A stretch of DNA of 64,000 nt. It comes from Chlamydiota bacterium. Its GTDB lineage: Bacteria; Chlamydiota; Chlamydiia; Chlamydiales; SM23-39. Shown piece after piece: positions 9,593-22,596 of this stretch. Positions within the stretch are counted from its first letter, which is position 1. Every line of letters begins with the position of its first letter. A program made the position numbers and the translations under genes. Location: the NCBI GenBank assembly GCA_013285585.1, contig JABDHH010000002.1, forward strand, positions 8,198 through 72,197, given 5' to 3'. Under the pieces are notes generated by a model, which searched no databases, had not been told where the DNA came from, and saw nothing but the letters and a program-made list of their open reading frames with translations.

Positions 9593-12500
9593 TTATACGA
9601 TTGCAACCGCAGCTTCACTCGTAAAGTCGATATCGAGCTGTTCGGTCGTCTGCGCTTCAATATAGCGGTTGACTCTCTTGTGATACTCGTACCCAGTTCC
9701 GCCCGGGATCATGTGACCCATGATCAGATTGGCCTTCATATCGAGCATGTAGTCGGTCTTGCTCTCGCTCGCCGCTTCGGTAAGGACGCGGGTCGTCTCT
9801 TGGAAAGAGGCAGCAGAGATGAACGACTCGGTTCCAAGAGAAGCGCGGGTGATGCCAAGAAGAACCGGCGCTGCAGCCGCAGGCTTGCCGCCCTCTTCGA
9901 TCGTCTTCCGGTTCTGCTCGTGGAACGCTTTGCGGTCGATATCTTCTCCATGGAGGAAAATAGTGTCGCCTGGATCGGTAATTCGCACTTTTTGCAGCAT
10001 CTGCCGCACGATGATTTCGATGTGCTTGTCGTTGATATCGACCCCCTGGAGACGGTAGACTTCTTGGACCTGGTTCACGAGATATTTCTGGAGCTCGCGA
10101 ACCCCGCAGATATCGAGGATCTCTTGGAGAACGACGAGTCCCTCGGTAAGCTGCTGGCCTTTGACGACGTTGTCCCCTTTTTGGACGATCAAGTGCTTGG
10201 TGAGAGGGATGAGATGTTCTTCTTCCATGCCTGTCGTTTCGTCTCGTACGACCACGATCCGCTTATTTTTCTGGACGCCGCGGAAATCGATGATTCCATC
10301 GAGTTTCGCGATTTCGGCTGCGTCTTTCGGACGGCGGGCTTCGAAAAGTTCGGCAACGCGCGGAAGACCGCCGGTAATGTCCTTCGTCTTGATAGCTCCG
10401 CGAGGCAGCTTCGCAAGGACCATACCAGCCGAGACATATTGACCTTCGCGAGTTGAAATGACCGCGCTTGAAGGGATCGCATAGGTTCCGACCAGTTCGG
10501 TATACTCCGCATCCGTATAGATAACGATCTGAGGATGGAGTTCGCCTCGGTGCTGCTTCACGATAAGCTCGACCTGGCCCGTTTGCTTATTGACCTCGCG
10601 CTGTGTGGAAATCCCTTCGACAAGGTCTTCGTATTTGACATAGCCTGGGCGTTCGCAAATGATCGGGCTGCTGTGCTGCTCCCACTGGCCTACTTTCACC
10701 TTTTTCTTCACTTTTGTAGCGTCGGCGAAAAGGATCTTCGTCCCGAGTTCGATGGTGAAGCTTTGGAGAGGCTCGATCGATTTGTTGCTGAGGAGCTTCT
10801 TGTAGTCTTCAAGAGATCTTCCTTCATCTCGGACGAGTTGGAGCGAGCCGTTCTTATTGAGGGCAAGCCAGTGTCCTTCTTCGTTCTGGACAACGCGGAG
10901 ACCCATATAGATGAGGACTCCGTCGTGCTCGGAGATCAGCTCAGGACTAAGTCCGGCAGATGCGATACCGCCCAAGTGGAACGTTCTCATCGTGAGCTGC
11001 GTTCCCGGTTCTCCGATCGACTGCGCTGCGATGATCCCGATCGCTTCGCCCATTCCTACCACGTTGCCGGTAGCGAGGTTGAGCCCATAGCACTTTGCGC
11101 AGATTCCGCGGCGACTTTCACAAGTCAGAGCGGAGCGGATGCGAATCGTTTCGATGCTGACATCATCGATGGCTTCGGCTTGTCCTGCTGTCAAGATGTC
11201 GCCGGAGCGAGCGAGGATCTTAGTGCTATTGCCAGGCTGGTAGATATCTTCGAGGACGGTCCGTCCGTAGATCCTATCTTTGATCGGCAGAAGCTCCTCA
11301 GTGCCTTGCTTGATGGCCCCGATTTCGATGCCATTGAGCGTTCCGCAGTCTTCGCGGGTCACGGTGACGTCTTGCGCTACGTCGACCAATCGGCGCGTGA
11401 GATATCCGGAGTCGGCGGTTTTCAACGCCGTATCGGAGAGACCTTTACGGGCTCCGTGCGTAGAAATGAAGTACTCCATCACAGTCAATCCTTCTCGGAA
11501 ATTCGCTGTAATCGGAGATTCGATGATCTCGCCGGATGGACGGGCCATAAGTCCGCGGAGTGCTCCCAACTGTTTTACCTGGGATTTGTTACCTCTGGCT
11601 CCCGAGTCGACCATGAGATAGAGCGGGTTGAGGTGGCCGGTGGACGTATCATAGATCAGTTTGAACAAATCTTCGGAAAGTTTGTCGGAAACCTCAGTCC
11701 AGATGCTGATGATTTTCGAGTGCCGCTCCCCTTCCGTGATGATTCCGTCCTCGTATTGCTTCTTGACGATCGCAACGCGCTTGGCGGCTTCTTCGAGCAT
11801 TTGCTTCTTGTGCACAGGGACTTTCACATCGCTAGTACCCATGGAGATCGCGGCTTTGGTCGCTTCGGCAAAACCGAGGTTTTTCATCTTATCCAAGAAC
11901 CGAACGGTCGCCTCCAGGCTGATTTTCTTGTAGCACTCTAGAACGAGTTCGGAGAGCCTCTTTTTCCGTAGGACGTAGTTCTGAAAACCGAGTTCTTTCG
12001 GTACGATCGTATTGAAAATAACTCGTCCCGGAGTCGTTTCAATGATGCCGCCATCGATCAAAACTTTGATCTTCTGGTGTATATGCAAACCTCTGCCAAA
12101 ATGGTCGATCCGCTGGTTCATAGCGGGCTTTTCGTGCCAGTTGTAACTTCCGCTCGAATGATAAGCCATGAGGACTTCTTCAGGGCTGCCGAATATTTTG
12201 ATCGGTTGGTTGACCTTTTCAGGGATGAAGATCGGGTCGTGCATCAGGTAATAAAGGCCAAGGATCATGTCCTGCGAAGGAACAGCGACCGGTTTACCGG
12301 AGGATGGGAGAAAAATATTGTCTGGAGCCATCATGAGAAGTTTCGCTTCGAGCTGTGCCTCTATTGAAAGCGGGATATGGACGGCCATCTGGTCGCCATC
12401 GAAGTCGGCATTGAAGGCAGTCGTCACCAATGGATGGATCCGAATGGCTTTTCCCTCTATGAGGATAGGTTCGAACGCTTGGATTCCAAGCCTATGGAGC

Positions 12501-13789
12501 GTCGGAGCTCGGTTCAGAAGAACCGGGTGCCCTTTGATGATCTCTTCGAGAACGTCCCAAACTTCAGGAGCTTGTTTCTGGATCAATTTTTTGGCGGAAC
12601 GGATCGTATAGACGTATCCGAGATCTTTAAGCCGTTTTACTATGAACGGTTCGAAAAGATCGAGCGCCATTTTTTTCGGCAAACCGCACTGGTTGAACTT
12701 CAGCTCGGGTCCTACGACGATCACCGAGCGGCCTGAATAATCCACCCGTTTTCCGAGGAGGTTCTGGCGGAAGCGGCCTTGCTTTCCCTTCAACATTTCG
12801 GAAAGGGCTTTGAGAGGGCGGTTTCCGGCCCCCATGACAGGATGGCCGTGGCGGCCGTTGTCGAATAGCGCGTCGACGGCTTCCTGGAGCATCCGTTTCT
12901 CGTTGCGGACGATGACGTCGGGAGTTTTCAGCTTCAAAATCGACTTGAGGCGGTTATTGCGATTGATGACGCGGCGGTAGAGGTCGTTGAGATCGGAAGT
13001 CGCAAATCGTCCTCCATCGAGAGGTACGAGGGGGCGCAGGTCCGGGGGGATGACGGGAACTTTTGCCAAAACCATCCACTCGGGTTTGTTGGTCGACTGA
13101 GAAAAGCCTTCGACAATTTTAAGGCGCTTGGCAAGTTTCATGCGCGCTTGCATCGACTTGGTTTTGCGGAGTTTTTCTTTGAGTTCGACGACAAGAGAGG
13201 ATAGGTCTTCGGATTGGAGGAGGAGTTTGATCGCTTCGCCGCCCATTTTCGCAACGAAGCCGTCCGTGCCCCATTTTTCTTGGGCTTCCCGATACTCGTT
13301 ATCGTTCAAAAGCTGCTTTTTTTGAAGATCGGTGCGTCCAGCATCGGTGACGACATATTCTTCGTAATAAATGACCCGTTCCAGATCCGCAGTCGACATT
13401 CCTAATAAATTGCCGATCCGGGATGGCATCGTCTTGAAAAACCAAATATGGACGACGGGAACAGCTAGGTCGATATGCGCCATCCGCTCGCGGCGAACCT
13501 TAGATAGAGTGACTTCAACGCCGCAGCGATCGCAAACGATCCCTTTATGCTTGATTTTCTTGTATTTACCGCATGCGCATTCCCAGTCGCGAGTCGGTCC
13601 GAAGATCTTCTCGCAGAACAGGCCGCCTTTTTCAGGCTTGAACGTTCGGTAATTGATCGTTTCAGGTTTCTTAATTTCGCCACGGGACCACTGGTTTCCG
13701 ATCACATCATCGGAAGCAATTTTAATGGTCAACTTATCGAAATGGGCACTTCTTACGTCTTCGTCTGCTTCAAAAGGGGGCATCTTCAA
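9593..13789 (-). CDS. rpoC: DNA-directed RNA polymerase subunit beta'
   Basis: 1398 aa. [12 protein letters not shown] catalytic motif; zinc-binding CxCGK...CxxCGVE at the N-terminus. Confidence 0.98.
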   Translation of the reverse strand: MKMPPFEADEDVRSAHFDKLTIKIASDDVIGNQWSRGEIKKPETINYRTFKPEKGGLFCEKIFGPTRDWECACGKYKKIKHKGIVCDRCGVEVTLSKVRRERMAHIDLAVPVVHIWFFKTMPSRIGNLLGMSTADLERVIYYEEYVVTDAGRTDLQKKQLLNDNEYREAQEKWGTDGFVAKMGGEAIKLLLQSEDLSSLVVELKEKLRKTKSMQARMKLAKRLKIVEGFSQSTNKPEWMVLAKVPVIPPDLRPLVPLDGGRFATSDLNDLYRRVINRNNRLKSILKLKTPDVIVRNEKRMLQEAVDALFDNGRHGHPVMGAGNRPLKALSEMLKGKQGRFRQNLLGKRVDYSGRSVIVVGPELKFNQCGLPKKMALDLFEPFIVKRLKDLGYVYTIRSAKKLIQKQAPEVWDVLEEIIKGHPVLLNRAPTLHRLGIQAFEPILIEGKAIRIHPLVTTAFNADFDGDQMAVHIPLSIEAQLEAKLLMMAPDNIFLPSSGKPVAVPSQDMILGLYYLMHDPIFIPEKVNQPIKIFGSPEEVLMAYHSSGSYNWHEKPAMNQRIDHFGRGLHIHQKIKVLIDGGIIETTPGRVIFNTIVPKELGFQNYVLRKKRLSELVLECYKKISLEATVRFLDKMKNLGFAEATKAAISMGTSDVKVPVHKKQMLEEAAKRVAIVKKQYEDGIITEGERHSKIISIWTEVSDKLSEDLFKLIYDTSTGHLNPLYLMVDSGARGNKSQVKQLGALRGLMARPSGEIIESPITANFREGLTVMEYFISTHGARKGLSDTALKTADSGYLTRRLVDVAQDVTVTREDCGTLNGIEIGAIKQGTEELLPIKDRIYGRTVLEDIYQPGNSTKILARSGDILTAGQAEAIDDVSIETIRIRSALTCESRRGICAKCYGLNLATGNVVGMGEAIGIIAAQSIGEPGTQLTMRTFHLGGIASAGLSPELISEHDGVLIYMGLRVVQNEEGHWLALNKNGSLQLVRDEGRSLEDYKKLLSNKSIEPLQSFTIELGTKILFADATKVKKKVKVGQWEQHSSPIICERPGYVKYEDLVEGISTQREVNKQTGQVELIVKQHRGELHPQIVIYTDAEYTELVGTYAIPSSAVISTREGQYVSAGMVLAKLPRGAIKTKDITGGLPRVAELFEARRPKDAAEIAKLDGIIDFRGVQKNKRIVVVRDETTGMEEEHLIPLTKHLIVQKGDNVVKGQQLTEGLVVLQEILDICGVRELQKYLVNQVQEVYRLQGVDINDKHIEIIVRQMLQKVRITDPGDTIFLHGEDIDRKAFHEQNRKTIEEGGKPAAAAPVLLGITRASLGTESFISAASFQETTRVLTEAASESKTDYMLDMKANLIMGHMIPGGTGYEYHKRVNRYIEAQTTEQLDIDFTSEAAVAIV

Positions 13790-13849
13790 CCTTATATTTC
13801 CTAGATTTTTTAACTGCCGAGCGCATCGGGCCGCTCAGCAGGTTGCCAT

Positions 13850-16800
13850 TTACTCTACAAATTCAGTGCGGATGTCCAGGCATAGCCCTTGCATCTCTTT
13901 CACCAATACGTTGAACGACTCTGGCGTTCCGGCTACAAGTGTGTTCTCGCCTTTGACGATCGATTCATAGATTCTGGTTCTTCCTGCTACGTCATCCGAT
14001 TTGACCGTCATCATTTCTTGGAGAAGATGGGCTGCTCCGTATGCTTCGAGCGCCCATACTTCCATCTCCCCGAATCGTTGGCCGCCCATCTGAGCCTTTC
14101 CCCCAAGCGGCTGTTGGGTCACGAGAGAGTAAGGACCAATGGAGCGTGCATGGATCTTGTCGGCAACAAGGTGGCTGAGCTTCATCATATAGATGTAGCC
14201 AACGACTACCTGGTTGTCGAAACGCTCGCCTGTCCGTCCGTCGTAAAGATGGACCTTTCCATCCTTGAACATAGGCTGCGACTTCATCATTTCCCAGATT
14301 TTAGATTCTGGGAAGCCTTCGAAGACGGGGCTTTTTACGTAAATGCCGGCTTTCTTTGCGGCATATCCAAGATGGGTCTCAAGCAACTGCCCCATGTTCA
14401 TACGAGATGGGACGCCGAGAGGATTGAGGATGATCTCGATCGTATCTCCGTTCGGCAAATAGGGCACATCGGCTTCAGGAACCAAACGGGCGACTACCCC
14501 TTTGTTTCCGTGGCGGCCTGCCATCTTATCGCCGACTTGAAGCTTCCGTTTCGTCGCGACATAGACTTTGACCTGACGGATTACACCGGGATCAAGATCC
14601 GTGTCGCCTTTGCGCATGAATTCGATCTCGGTCTTGTGCTGCATCTGGAGGCTTTGATAGGTCAACTCAAAATCGCGAAGGATCTTTTTGAGCTCTATAT
14701 AGATTTCTTTGTCGGCCATGATCAGGTCTTCGGCCTTCTCATTTTCCAACTGCTCTAGCATTTCTTGCGTGATAGCCTCGCCTTCTTCGATCAATACTTC
14801 CCCTGTTTTGCGATGCATGATGGAAGAGGGGGCTTTTTCGTTCAGCAGCAATGCGCCGAGTTTTTCATGGAACTCGATCTGCAACTCTGCTTCCTTCGTC
14901 TTGAAATCGGAATGGATATCCTTGATCCGCGTCGCTTCTTCGACAAGTTCGTCATCTGTTTTAGAGAGCCGATCGCGCCGTGAGAACACCTTCACGTCCA
15001 TAACGACCCCTTCAGTGCCGGGAGGCGCTGTCAAAGAGGCGTCTTTTACATCTGCCGCCTTTTCGCCGAAAATAGCTCTGAGAAGCCGTTCTTCCGGAGA
15101 GAGCTCCGTTTCCGATTTCGGTGTGATTTTGCCTACAAGAATAGAACCAGGTTCGACCTGAGCCCCGATGCGGATGATTCCATCTTCGCCGAGATCCTTC
15201 AACATCTCTTCGGAAACATTCGGGATATCCTTCGTGATTTCTTCTTTTCCTAGTTTGGTGTCTCGCGCCGTGAGCTCGAACTCTTCCAGATAAATGGAAG
15301 TATACGCATCTTCGCGGATCAGCTTTTCGGAAATAATGATCGCGTCTTCGTAGTTGTAGCCGCACCAGGGCATAAACGCTACCAGCACGTTTTTGCCGAG
15401 TCCGATTTCCCCTTTGTCGGTTGCAGGGCCGTCAGCGAGGACGTCTCCCGCATGGATTTTGTCTCCTACGTTGCAAAGCGGCGTCTGATTGATGCAACTA
15501 CCGCTGTTGGAGCGCATGAACTTTTTCAAGACGTACGCATGCTTATTGAGCGGGTTGTCCTTCGGTGCTACGACGATCTTATACCCGTCGACGTATTCGA
15601 CGACGCCGTCTTCGACTGCTACGATAACGGCTCCAGAGTCGCGAGCGGATCGCCCTTCCAAGCCTGTTCCGACGATCGGAGCTTCCGGTATGAGAAGCGG
15701 GACGGCCTGTCTTTGCATATTCGAACCCATGAGAGCCCGGTTCGCATCGTCGTGCTCCAAGAAGGGAATCAATCCCGCAACGATGGAAACAAGCTGTTTG
15801 GATGAGACGTCCATATGAGTAATTTTTGTCGTCTCGATTTCCATCGGTTCGCCGCGTTGGTGAGCCCAGCAGAGCTGCCCTTCAAACATATTGAATTTAT
15901 CGAGTGGAGTGGAGGCTTGGGTAATGATCAGATCCGTCTCTTGATCCGCCGTCATGTATTCAATTTCATCGGTAACGACTCCTTCGCGGACGATCCGGTA
16001 GGGCGTTTCGATAAATCCGAATTCATTGATTTTAGCAAAAGTGGAGAGAGAGGTGATCAAACCGATATTTGGACCTTCAGGCGTCTCGATCGGGCAAATC
16101 CTGCCGTAGTGGGATGGATGGACGTCGCGAACTTCGAATCCCGCCCGTTCTCGGTTCAGGCCGCCGGGTCCTAGGCAAGAAAGCCGTCGCTTATGAGTAA
16201 GCTCGGAGATCGGGTTCGTCTGATCCATGAATTGGGAAAGCTGCGAACGTCCAAAGAAGTCCTTAAGAACGCCAGCTAATCCTTTGGCGGAGACGATTTT
16301 TCCAGGAGTCATCGTATCGGATGAGAAGTCGAATAGATTCATCCGTTCCTTGATGATCTTTTCCATACGGGCCAATCCGATGCGGCATTGATTTTGAATC
16401 AATTCCCCTACGGAGCGGACACGGCGGTTGCCCAAATGGTCGATATCGTCCACATAAGCATTTTCATCGCCGAGTTTTAAACGGATGGCATATTTGAGCG
16501 CAGCAATCACATCTTCCTTGCGAAGTGTGACAACGCTCATATCTTCTTCGGAGGTGCCTAAATTGAGCTTTCGGTTCAACTTATAACGGCCTACCCTCCC
16601 TAAGTTATATCGCTTCGGGTCGAAAAAGAGGCGCATAATCGTCGAGCGGGCATTGGAGAGCGTTGGCGGTTCTCCCGGACGGATCTTTCGATAAAAATCT
16701 TTCAGGGCGGATTCATAGGAATCCGTAGTATCCTTCGAGAGCATTTTAATGATAGGATGCGTCTCGTCCGCTTCTTCAGCGATCCTAACAGCTTGAATCC

Positions 16801-17614
16801 CCTCGTCGACCATTCGTTTGAGCATCGCGGTCGTCAGCTTCTCGCTTGCTTTGCCGAAAACAAGGCCCGTCTGTTCATCCACTACGTCCTCGGCCAAGAT
16901 CTTGCCGACGAGTTTCACAAAGTCCTTTTCGCTCTTAATCTTGACTTTAACCGTTTCAAAGAACTCCTCGAGAATATCAGAATCGGTGGAGTAACCCAGT
17001 GTGCGGATAAACGTAGATGCGAGTATCTTGCGGCGTCGCTTCTTCCGGTCGATATAGATATAGACCATGTCATTGTTGTCGAAGGAAGCCTCCAACCAGC
17101 TGCCGCGGTATGGGATAATGCGGAAGGAGTAGATCATTGTCCCTTTCGGATGCCGTTCCTGCTCGAATGAAATGCCGGGAGAGCGGTGGAGCTGTGATAC
17201 GATGACCCTTTCTGCGCCATTGACGATGAAGGTGCCTTTGTCCGTCATAATGGGGATCGTGCCCATATAGACTTCTTCTTCTTTGATCCCTGTCTCATCC
17301 GTTAGGCGGAATTTTACTTTCAGAGTCACATTGTAGGTAATGCCTCTTCGGATGCATTCTTCCGGAGAATATTTAGGAATGCCTAGGTTATAGGACAGAA
17401 ACTCCAAAACGGTTTTTTCATCGTACGATTTGATGGGGAATATTTCGGTAAAAACCTCTTGAAGCCCAACATTTTCCCTCTCGTGAGGCAAAAGATGGGA
17501 TTGCAGAAATTGGTTATAGGACTTAATCTGGATTTCGATCAGATTCGGGAGATCGATAATCTCTTCCCGTTCGCGAAAACTCACCCGTTTAGGGGGCTTT
17601 TTTAACATGGGCAC
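13850..17614 (-). CDS. rpoB: DNA-directed RNA polymerase subunit beta
   Basis: 1254 aa. Conserved [16 protein letters not shown] and [18 protein letters not shown] motifs. Confidence 0.98.
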   Translation of the reverse strand: MPMLKKPPKRVSFREREEIIDLPNLIEIQIKSYNQFLQSHLLPHERENVGLQEVFTEIFPIKSYDEKTVLEFLSYNLGIPKYSPEECIRRGITYNVTLKVKFRLTDETGIKEEEVYMGTIPIMTDKGTFIVNGAERVIVSQLHRSPGISFEQERHPKGTMIYSFRIIPYRGSWLEASFDNNDMVYIYIDRKKRRRKILASTFIRTLGYSTDSDILEEFFETVKVKIKSEKDFVKLVGKILAEDVVDEQTGLVFGKASEKLTTAMLKRMVDEGIQAVRIAEEADETHPIIKMLSKDTTDSYESALKDFYRKIRPGEPPTLSNARSTIMRLFFDPKRYNLGRVGRYKLNRKLNLGTSEEDMSVVTLRKEDVIAALKYAIRLKLGDENAYVDDIDHLGNRRVRSVGELIQNQCRIGLARMEKIIKERMNLFDFSSDTMTPGKIVSAKGLAGVLKDFFGRSQLSQFMDQTNPISELTHKRRLSCLGPGGLNRERAGFEVRDVHPSHYGRICPIETPEGPNIGLITSLSTFAKINEFGFIETPYRIVREGVVTDEIEYMTADQETDLIITQASTPLDKFNMFEGQLCWAHQRGEPMEIETTKITHMDVSSKQLVSIVAGLIPFLEHDDANRALMGSNMQRQAVPLLIPEAPIVGTGLEGRSARDSGAVIVAVEDGVVEYVDGYKIVVAPKDNPLNKHAYVLKKFMRSNSGSCINQTPLCNVGDKIHAGDVLADGPATDKGEIGLGKNVLVAFMPWCGYNYEDAIIISEKLIREDAYTSIYLEEFELTARDTKLGKEEITKDIPNVSEEMLKDLGEDGIIRIGAQVEPGSILVGKITPKSETELSPEERLLRAIFGEKAADVKDASLTAPPGTEGVVMDVKVFSRRDRLSKTDDELVEEATRIKDIHSDFKTKEAELQIEFHEKLGALLLNEKAPSSIMHRKTGEVLIEEGEAITQEMLEQLENEKAEDLIMADKEIYIELKKILRDFELTYQSLQMQHKTEIEFMRKGDTDLDPGVIRQVKVYVATKRKLQVGDKMAGRHGNKGVVARLVPEADVPYLPNGDTIEIILNPLGVPSRMNMGQLLETHLGYAAKKAGIYVKSPVFEGFPESKIWEMMKSQPMFKDGKVHLYDGRTGERFDNQVVVGYIYMMKLSHLVADKIHARSIGPYSLVTQQPLGGKAQMGGQRFGEMEVWALEAYGAAHLLQEMMTVKSDDVAGRTRIYESIVKGENTLVAGTPESFNVLVKEMQGLCLDIRTEFVE

Positions 17615-17635
17615 TCGCTCCTACACACAGACTGA

Positions 17636-17677
17636 TTAAAAAACATAAGAACAGAAGCTGCTCAACGAACAGCTTCT
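17636..17677 (-). terminator. Possible rplL-rpoB intergenic attenuator hairpin
   Basis: Minus strand: 9-bp stem CAGAAGCTG/CAGCTTCTG followed by a T-rich tract (TTCTTATGTTTTTT), just upstream of the rpoB start. This is the position of the known partial terminator in E. coli. Confidence 0.45.
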
Positions 17678-17879
17678 GCGTAAAAATAGTATCACTCTAA
17701 CTTGAGTTTGTACACATTTTTGAGACATCTCTAAAAAAATCCTTGCGAACTTATCAAATTTTCGTTGATATTCCTACGGTTTTGTCTACGAATTCCACGA
17801 AAACATACTAAGCATTCAAAGACTTTTATCAAAGTCTGCTCATCAAAACTAGTGTAAAATCGTGTTTTGACACAAAAAT

Positions 17880-18269
17880 TTACAGCCCTTTCAGGGTAAC
17901 TTTAGCGCCGGCAGCAGTGATTTTTTTCTTAATTTCTTCTGCTTCTGCTTTAGGGCAAGTCGCTTTCAAGTCTTTCGGAGCCCCTTCAACGAGATCTTTT
18001 GCTTCTTTCAGGCCAAGACCCGTCACTTCGCGTACGGCTTTAATGACAGAGATCTTCTTATCGTCTGGAATTGGACCTTCTAGAATGACTTTGAATTCGG
18101 TTGATTCAGAAGCGGCGGCTTCAGCGGGAGCAGCCCCTGCAGGCGCAGCAGCAACCGCAACAGCGGCTTTAACGCCCCACTTTTCTTCTAGTTTTTCTTT
18201 GAGCTTAGCCATGTCCAATACGGAGAGCTGGCTTAGCTTTTCGACGAGTTCGTCTAATTGTTGACTCAT
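17880..18269 (-). CDS. rplL: 50S ribosomal protein L7/L12
   Basis: 129 aa. Ala-rich hinge and KVILEG...[23 protein letters not shown]. Confidence 0.95.
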   Translation of the reverse strand: MSQQLDELVEKLSQLSVLDMAKLKEKLEEKWGVKAAVAVAAAPAGAAPAEAAASESTEFKVILEGPIPDDKKISVIKAVREVTGLGLKEAKDLVEGAPKDLKATCPKAEAEEIKKKITAAGAKVTLKGL

Positions 18270-18290
18270 GGTGATATTCTCCTCAAATTT

Positions 18291-18800
18291 TCATTCACTT
18301 TTTTGGCTAATAATCGAAAGCGGCTCCGCCATAACGGCTTCCAGGACGGCGAGCATTTGGGACATCGGCGATGTGAAGAGTCCCAGAAGCATAGCGCGCA
18401 TTTCGTCGATTCCCGGCAATTTGGAGAGTATTTCCAAATCAGCGCCAGGAACGAATTTTCCTTCAATTTGTCCACCAAGAACTTCCAGGATCTGTCCATT
18501 CTCTTCCGAGAATTTGTAGATCAACTTTGTCGAAGGCATGGCATCAGGCTGCTTCACAAATACGATTCCCACATGCCCCTTCAACAGGGTTTCATCGATG
18601 GGTATTCCTGATTGCTCAGCAGCTTTCATAAACACTTGCTTCCGCACAACTTCGAAAAATCCGCCTGATTTTGCAAGCTGATCGCGGAGTTTCCAAGATG
18701 TGTTAGGCGCGAGTTTTTCGTATCGAGTGAGGATGATTGCTGTCGAGCCATCGATCTTCTCTTTAATCTCGTTCAATAGGAGTTGTTTTTCCTTTCTCAT
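18291..18800 (-). CDS. rplJ: 50S ribosomal protein L10
   Basis: 169 aa. Position between rplA and rplL; L10-like sequence. Confidence 0.9.
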   Translation of the reverse strand: MRKEKQLLLNEIKEKIDGSTAIILTRYEKLAPNTSWKLRDQLAKSGGFFEVVRKQVFMKAAEQSGIPIDETLLKGHVGIVFVKQPDAMPSTKLIYKFSEENGQILEVLGGQIEGKFVPGADLEILSKLPGIDEMRAMLLGLFTSPMSQMLAVLEAVMAEPLSIISQKSE

Positions 18801-18810
18801 CTCAGTCCCC

Positions 18811-19509
18811 TTAAGCCAAATCCAGCGATTGCAGATCGATTTTCAACCCAGGCCCCATTGTCGTAGAGACATAGAGCGAACGGAGGAAGTTGCCTTTAGC
18901 GCTAGCGGGCCTTGTGCGGGAGATAGCCTGCAGCAAAGACTTCAAATTGTCGACCAATTGAGTCGCACTAAAAGACATTTTCCCTACGGCATTGTTGACG
19001 TTTCCGGTTTTATCTACTTTAAATTCGATTTTACCGGCTTTGACCTCTTTGACTGCCTTCGCTACATCGGTCGTTACGGTTCCGGCCTTTGGAGTTGGCA
19101 TCAAGCCTCTTGGACCCAACACCTTACCAAGCTTGCCGAGTTCGCGCATCATATCCGGCGTTGCAATCAAGGCCGAAAAATCGGTCCAACCACCTTTGAT
19201 CTTCTCCAGAAGTTCGTCCGCTCCGACGAGATCAGCACCTGCTTCCAGAGCTTCTTTGGCTTTTTCGCCTTTGGCAATCACCACCAGGACAATTTTCTGA
19301 CCTGTACCGTGTGGAAGCGATACTGTGCCCCGGACTTGCTGATCCGATTTTTTCGGATCGATGCCGATCTTCAATGCGGCATTCACCGACTGGTCGAATT
19401 TAACAGGGGGACATTTTTTTAAGATGTCCACGGCTTCTTCCAACCTGTAGGATTTCATGATATCGACCATCTCGTCGATTTTTTTCATTCGTTTCGATCG
19501 ATGCGCCAT
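18811..19509 (-). CDS. rplA: 50S ribosomal protein L1
   Basis: I prefer the ATG at 19509 ([10 protein letters not shown]...), 1 nt after the rplK stop and with GGAGG upstream. The ORF track extends to 19530. Contains the [11 protein letters not shown] motif. Confidence 0.93.
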   Translation of the reverse strand: MAHRSKRMKKIDEMVDIMKSYRLEEAVDILKKCPPVKFDQSVNAALKIGIDPKKSDQQVRGTVSLPHGTGQKIVLVVIAKGEKAKEALEAGADLVGADELLEKIKGGWTDFSALIATPDMMRELGKLGKVLGPRGLMPTPKAGTVTTDVAKAVKEVKAGKIEFKVDKTGNVNNAVGKMSFSATQLVDNLKSLLQAISRTRPASAKGNFLRSLYVSTTMGPGLKIDLQSLDLA

Positions 19510-19510
19510 C

Positions 19511-19939
19511 TTACGCCTCCTCGATGTCAACGCCCATGGAGCGGGCCGTTCCCATCACCATCATCTCAGCGGCTTCAACGGATACGATCCGCATGTCTTC
19601 CGCTTTCGATTGTGCGATCTTTTTTACTTGCGTGCGCGTCAGTTTGCCGACTTTGTCGCGGTTCGGCACCTTTGATCCGGACTCGATCCCGAGTTCTTTC
19701 AGGATCATGCGGGAAACAGGCGGCTGTCTTGTAATAAAAGTGAACGATTTGTCCGCGTAAACGTTGATGATAACAGGCAGGACGTCTCCTGCTTTATCTT
19801 GCGTTTTTGCGTTGAATTCCTTACAGAATGCCATAATATTGATACCTGCCGACCCTAAGGCAGGTCCAATGGGCGGCGCGGGATTTGCCTTCCCTGCAGG
19901 AATTTGCAGCTTGATCTGTTTGACTAGTTTTTTTGCCAT
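19511..19939 (-). CDS. rplK: 50S ribosomal protein L11
   Basis: 142 aa. [21 protein letters not shown] signature. Confidence 0.96.
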   Translation of the reverse strand: MAKKLVKQIKLQIPAGKANPAPPIGPALGSAGINIMAFCKEFNAKTQDKAGDVLPVIINVYADKSFTFITRQPPVSRMILKELGIESGSKVPNRDKVGKLTRTQVKKIAQSKAEDMRIVSVEAAEMMVMGTARSMGVDIEEA

Positions 19940-19995
19940 TTCATTCCTCTTATGAGTCCATGCGAAGGGATTACTCCCCTCTCCTCATCGTTTTG

Positions 19996-20541
19996 TTAAC
20001 CTGCATTCTCTGCGGTAGACTGTTCTACTTGCCAGAATTCCAGGTCATCGACGCGCGTATCGCGCCCGAAAATCGATACCATGACGCTTAGGCGCCCCTT
20101 CTCGTGATTGACTTCAGTCACCGTTCCAATGAAATTAACGAAAACTCCATCGGTAATCTTGACCTTATCGCCTATATCGACTTTGTGCTTTTGCACAATT
20201 CCTTTTTGCCGGTCTTCAAGCTCTTTCATGATATCGGAGACTTCCTTCTCCGTTAAAGGAGCTGGATGTTCGCCGCCCAAAAAATCGATAACGCCGGTAG
20301 TATCTTTAACGTAAGCCCAAGCCTCTTCCGTGAGGTTCATTTTCACCAGAAGATAGCCAGGCCACATCCGCTTCTCGCTGATTTTTTGCTGGCCTCGTTT
20401 TACCTCTGAAATATTTTCAGTGGGAATCAAAATTTCAGAGATATCATCGTCGAATCCTTTCGAATGCCGAAATTCTTCAAGAGCTTTTTTCACTTTTCTC
20501 TCATGGCTCGACATGACTTGGACGACATACCACTTATGCAT
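19996..20541 (-). CDS. nusG: Transcription termination/antitermination factor NusG
   Basis: ATG at 20541 gives MHKWYVVQV..., the NGN domain start. A KOW region follows (GDKVKITDGVFVNFIGTV). The ORF track starts earlier, at 20589, overlapping secE. Confidence 0.92.
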   Translation of the reverse strand: MHKWYVVQVMSSHERKVKKALEEFRHSKGFDDDISEILIPTENISEVKRGQQKISEKRMWPGYLLVKMNLTEEAWAYVKDTTGVIDFLGGEHPAPLTEKEVSDIMKELEDRQKGIVQKHKVDIGDKVKITDGVFVNFIGTVTEVNHEKGRLSVMVSIFGRDTRVDDLEFWQVEQSTAENAG

Positions 20542-20551
20542 ATTTCTTCCT

Positions 20552-20803
20552 TTATCCGAAAATGACCTGGAACAAAGCATTAGCGGCATTCAAAACACCG
20601 CCGATCGCCAAGTCGACCAAATAAATCGCAAAACCAAACAGGAATGTGGCTATGATGACGGCCTTGGTACAAAAAATCAGTTCACCTTTCGCAGTCCATG
20701 TAACTTTTTTTAGTTCATTTTGAACTTCTCGAAAGTACGATATTTTTTTCTTTTCCGTCGTAATCGTCGTCACCTTTACCTCTTCCGCTTTCCTGCCTAC
20801 CAT
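20552..20803 (-). CDS. secE: Preprotein translocase subunit SecE
   Basis: 83 aa. C-terminal TM helix preceded by ELKKVTW. Position between tRNA-Trp and nusG. Confidence 0.88.
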   Translation of the reverse strand: MVGRKAEEVKVTTITTEKKKISYFREVQNELKKVTWTAKGELIFCTKAVIIATFLFGFAIYLVDLAIGGVLNAANALFQVIFG

Positions 20804-20808
20804 TTAAT

Positions 20809-20881
20809 CGAGTGCGGAGGGACTCGAACCCCCGACCCGCGACTTTGGAGATCGCTGCTCTACCAGCTGAGCTACACACCC
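20809..20881 (-). tRNA. trnW: tRNA-Trp (anticodon CCA)
   Basis: Cloverleaf folded by hand. Acceptor GGGTGTG/CGCACTC; D-arm TAGCTCAGCTGGTAGAGC; anticodon loop CTCCAAA; T-loop TTCGAGT. CCA is not encoded. Confidence 0.9.
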
Positions 20882-20936
20882 CTGAGCTTCAAGAGCTCCA
20901 AACGGAGGGATGGGCTCCCTCCGTCAGCCCACAATC

Positions 20937-22121
20937 CTACTTCAAGATTTTTGATATGGTTCCGGCGCCAATCGTTCTGCCACCCTCGCGAATCGCGAAG
21001 CGCATCCCTTCTTCCATCGCGATCGGATGGATTAATTCGGCAGTCAATTCGACGTTATCGCCTGGCATCACCATCTCGGTTCCTGCCGGCAGCTCTACGG
21101 TTCCGGTTACGTCGGTAGTGCGCAGATAAAACTGCGGACGGTAACCGGTAAAGAACGGCTTATGGCGTCCACCTTCATCTTTGTTCAGAACATATACAGT
21201 TCCTTTGAACTTCGTGTGGGGCGTGCAAGTGCCAGGAGCCGCGAGAACCATTCCGCGCTCTACATCATTTTTTTCGATGCTGCGGAGAAGAACCCCGACG
21301 TTTTCACCGGCTAACGCCTCATCCAAAAGCTTATTGAACATTTCAAGACCGGTCGCAACCGTATCACGAGTTTCGCGGATACCGATGAGCTGGATCTTGT
21401 CGTTGACCTTGATTTTGCCTCGCTCGACGCGGCCCGTTACTACAGTTCCGCGGCCTGAGATCGAGAACACGTCCTCGATCGGCATCAAGAAAGGTTTATC
21501 TACTTCGCGAGCCGGAGTAGGAATTTTTTCGTCGACGGTCTCCATCAATTTGACAATCGACTGAACATAGGTCGGATCGCCTTCCAGAGCTTTTAGAGCG
21601 GACCCGCGGATGATCGGGACATTCTTGTAACCCTTGGACTCGAGGAGTTCGGTTAGCTCCATCTCCACGAGTTCGACAAGTTCTTCATCTCCTTTGCCGA
21701 TCATATCCATCTTATTAAGGAACACGACGATCGCGGGTACGCCAACCTGTCTTGCGAGGAGGATGTGCTCTTTAGTCTGAGGCATTGGACCATCAGTCGC
21801 AGCAACGACTAGGATAGCGCCGTCCATCTGAGCTGCGCCGGTGATCATGTTTTTGACATAGTCGGCATGGCCTGGGCAGTCTACGTGCGCATAGTGTCTC
21901 TTCTCTGTTTGATATTCCACGTGGGACGCATTGATCGTAATCCCGCGGGCTTTCTCTTCAGGCGTATTGTCGATCGACGCATAGTCGCGAAACTTCGCTT
22001 GGCCCTTTTCAGCCAAAACCTTAGTGATGGCAGCGGTTAGAGTTGTTTTGCCGTGGTCGACGTGTCCGATTGTTCCAATGTTTACGTGGGGTTTCGTTCT
22101 CTGATAAGCTTCTTTTGCCAT
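20937..22121 (-). CDS. tuf: Elongation factor Tu
   Basis: 394 aa. [17 protein letters not shown] and NKMD GTPase motifs. Confidence 0.98.
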   Translation of the reverse strand: MAKEAYQRTKPHVNIGTIGHVDHGKTTLTAAITKVLAEKGQAKFRDYASIDNTPEEKARGITINASHVEYQTEKRHYAHVDCPGHADYVKNMITGAAQMDGAILVVAATDGPMPQTKEHILLARQVGVPAIVVFLNKMDMIGKGDEELVELVEMELTELLESKGYKNVPIIRGSALKALEGDPTYVQSIVKLMETVDEKIPTPAREVDKPFLMPIEDVFSISGRGTVVTGRVERGKIKVNDKIQLIGIRETRDTVATGLEMFNKLLDEALAGENVGVLLRSIEKNDVERGMVLAAPGTCTPHTKFKGTVYVLNKDEGGRHKPFFTGYRPQFYLRTTDVTGTVELPAGTEMVMPGDNVELTAELIHPIAMEEGMRFAIREGGRTIGAGTISKILK

Positions 22122-22149
22122 TTTCTTAGATCCTCCGTTCTTTGTTTTT

Positions 22150-22221
22150 TGCCCAAGATAGGAATCGAACCTACGACCACTTGCTTACCATGCAAGTGCT
22201 CTACCACTGAGCTACCTGGGC
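22150..22221 (-). tRNA. trnT: tRNA-Thr (anticodon GGU)
   Basis: Acceptor GCCCAGG/CTTGGGC; TAGCTCAGTGGTAGAGC D-arm; anticodon loop ATGGTAA; T-loop TTCGATT. The usual position upstream of tuf. Confidence 0.9.
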
Positions 22222-22295
22222 GTGCTTTCCTCTGTCTTAAAAGCATACAAGCTTAAGGCACTTGGGACAATAAAATCAATCCTTTTCAAGCCAAT

Positions 22296-22514
22296 CTATT
22301 TTTGACGGTATACGATCCGCGCCTTCGTCAAATCATAAGGCGACATCTCGACAGTTACGGCATCTCCGGCGTAGACCCGGATGTTGCGCATCCTCATCTT
22401 CCCGCTTAGATGCGCGATGACTCTCATCCCGTTTTCCAGGACAACGCTAAAATTCATGTTGGGCAATAGCTCTTCGACTTTGCCCTCCATCTTGATCGTT
22501 TCTTCTTTCGACAT
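22296..22514 (-). CDS. infA: Translation initiation factor IF-1
   Basis: 72 aa. S1-like fold sequence: [20 protein letters not shown]...[29 protein letters not shown]. Confidence 0.95.
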   Translation of the reverse strand: MSKEETIKMEGKVEELLPNMNFSVVLENGMRVIAHLSGKMRMRNIRVYAGDAVTVEMSPYDLTKARIVYRQK

Positions 22515-22596
22515 AGAATATTTGGCTCGGAAATGCTTACAATGAAACAGGATTTAGGGTATGTTGTCAAACACTAAATGTTAAAGACTCAATTTT

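Noticed and set aside
9509-17170. Numerous plus-strand and out-of-frame ORFs inside rpoC and rpoB (for example 9509..10456, 10535..11941, 13889..14758, 16757..17170)
   Set aside because: All are embedded in the two long, unambiguous RNA polymerase genes on the opposite strand. Their composition is that of antisense shadows.
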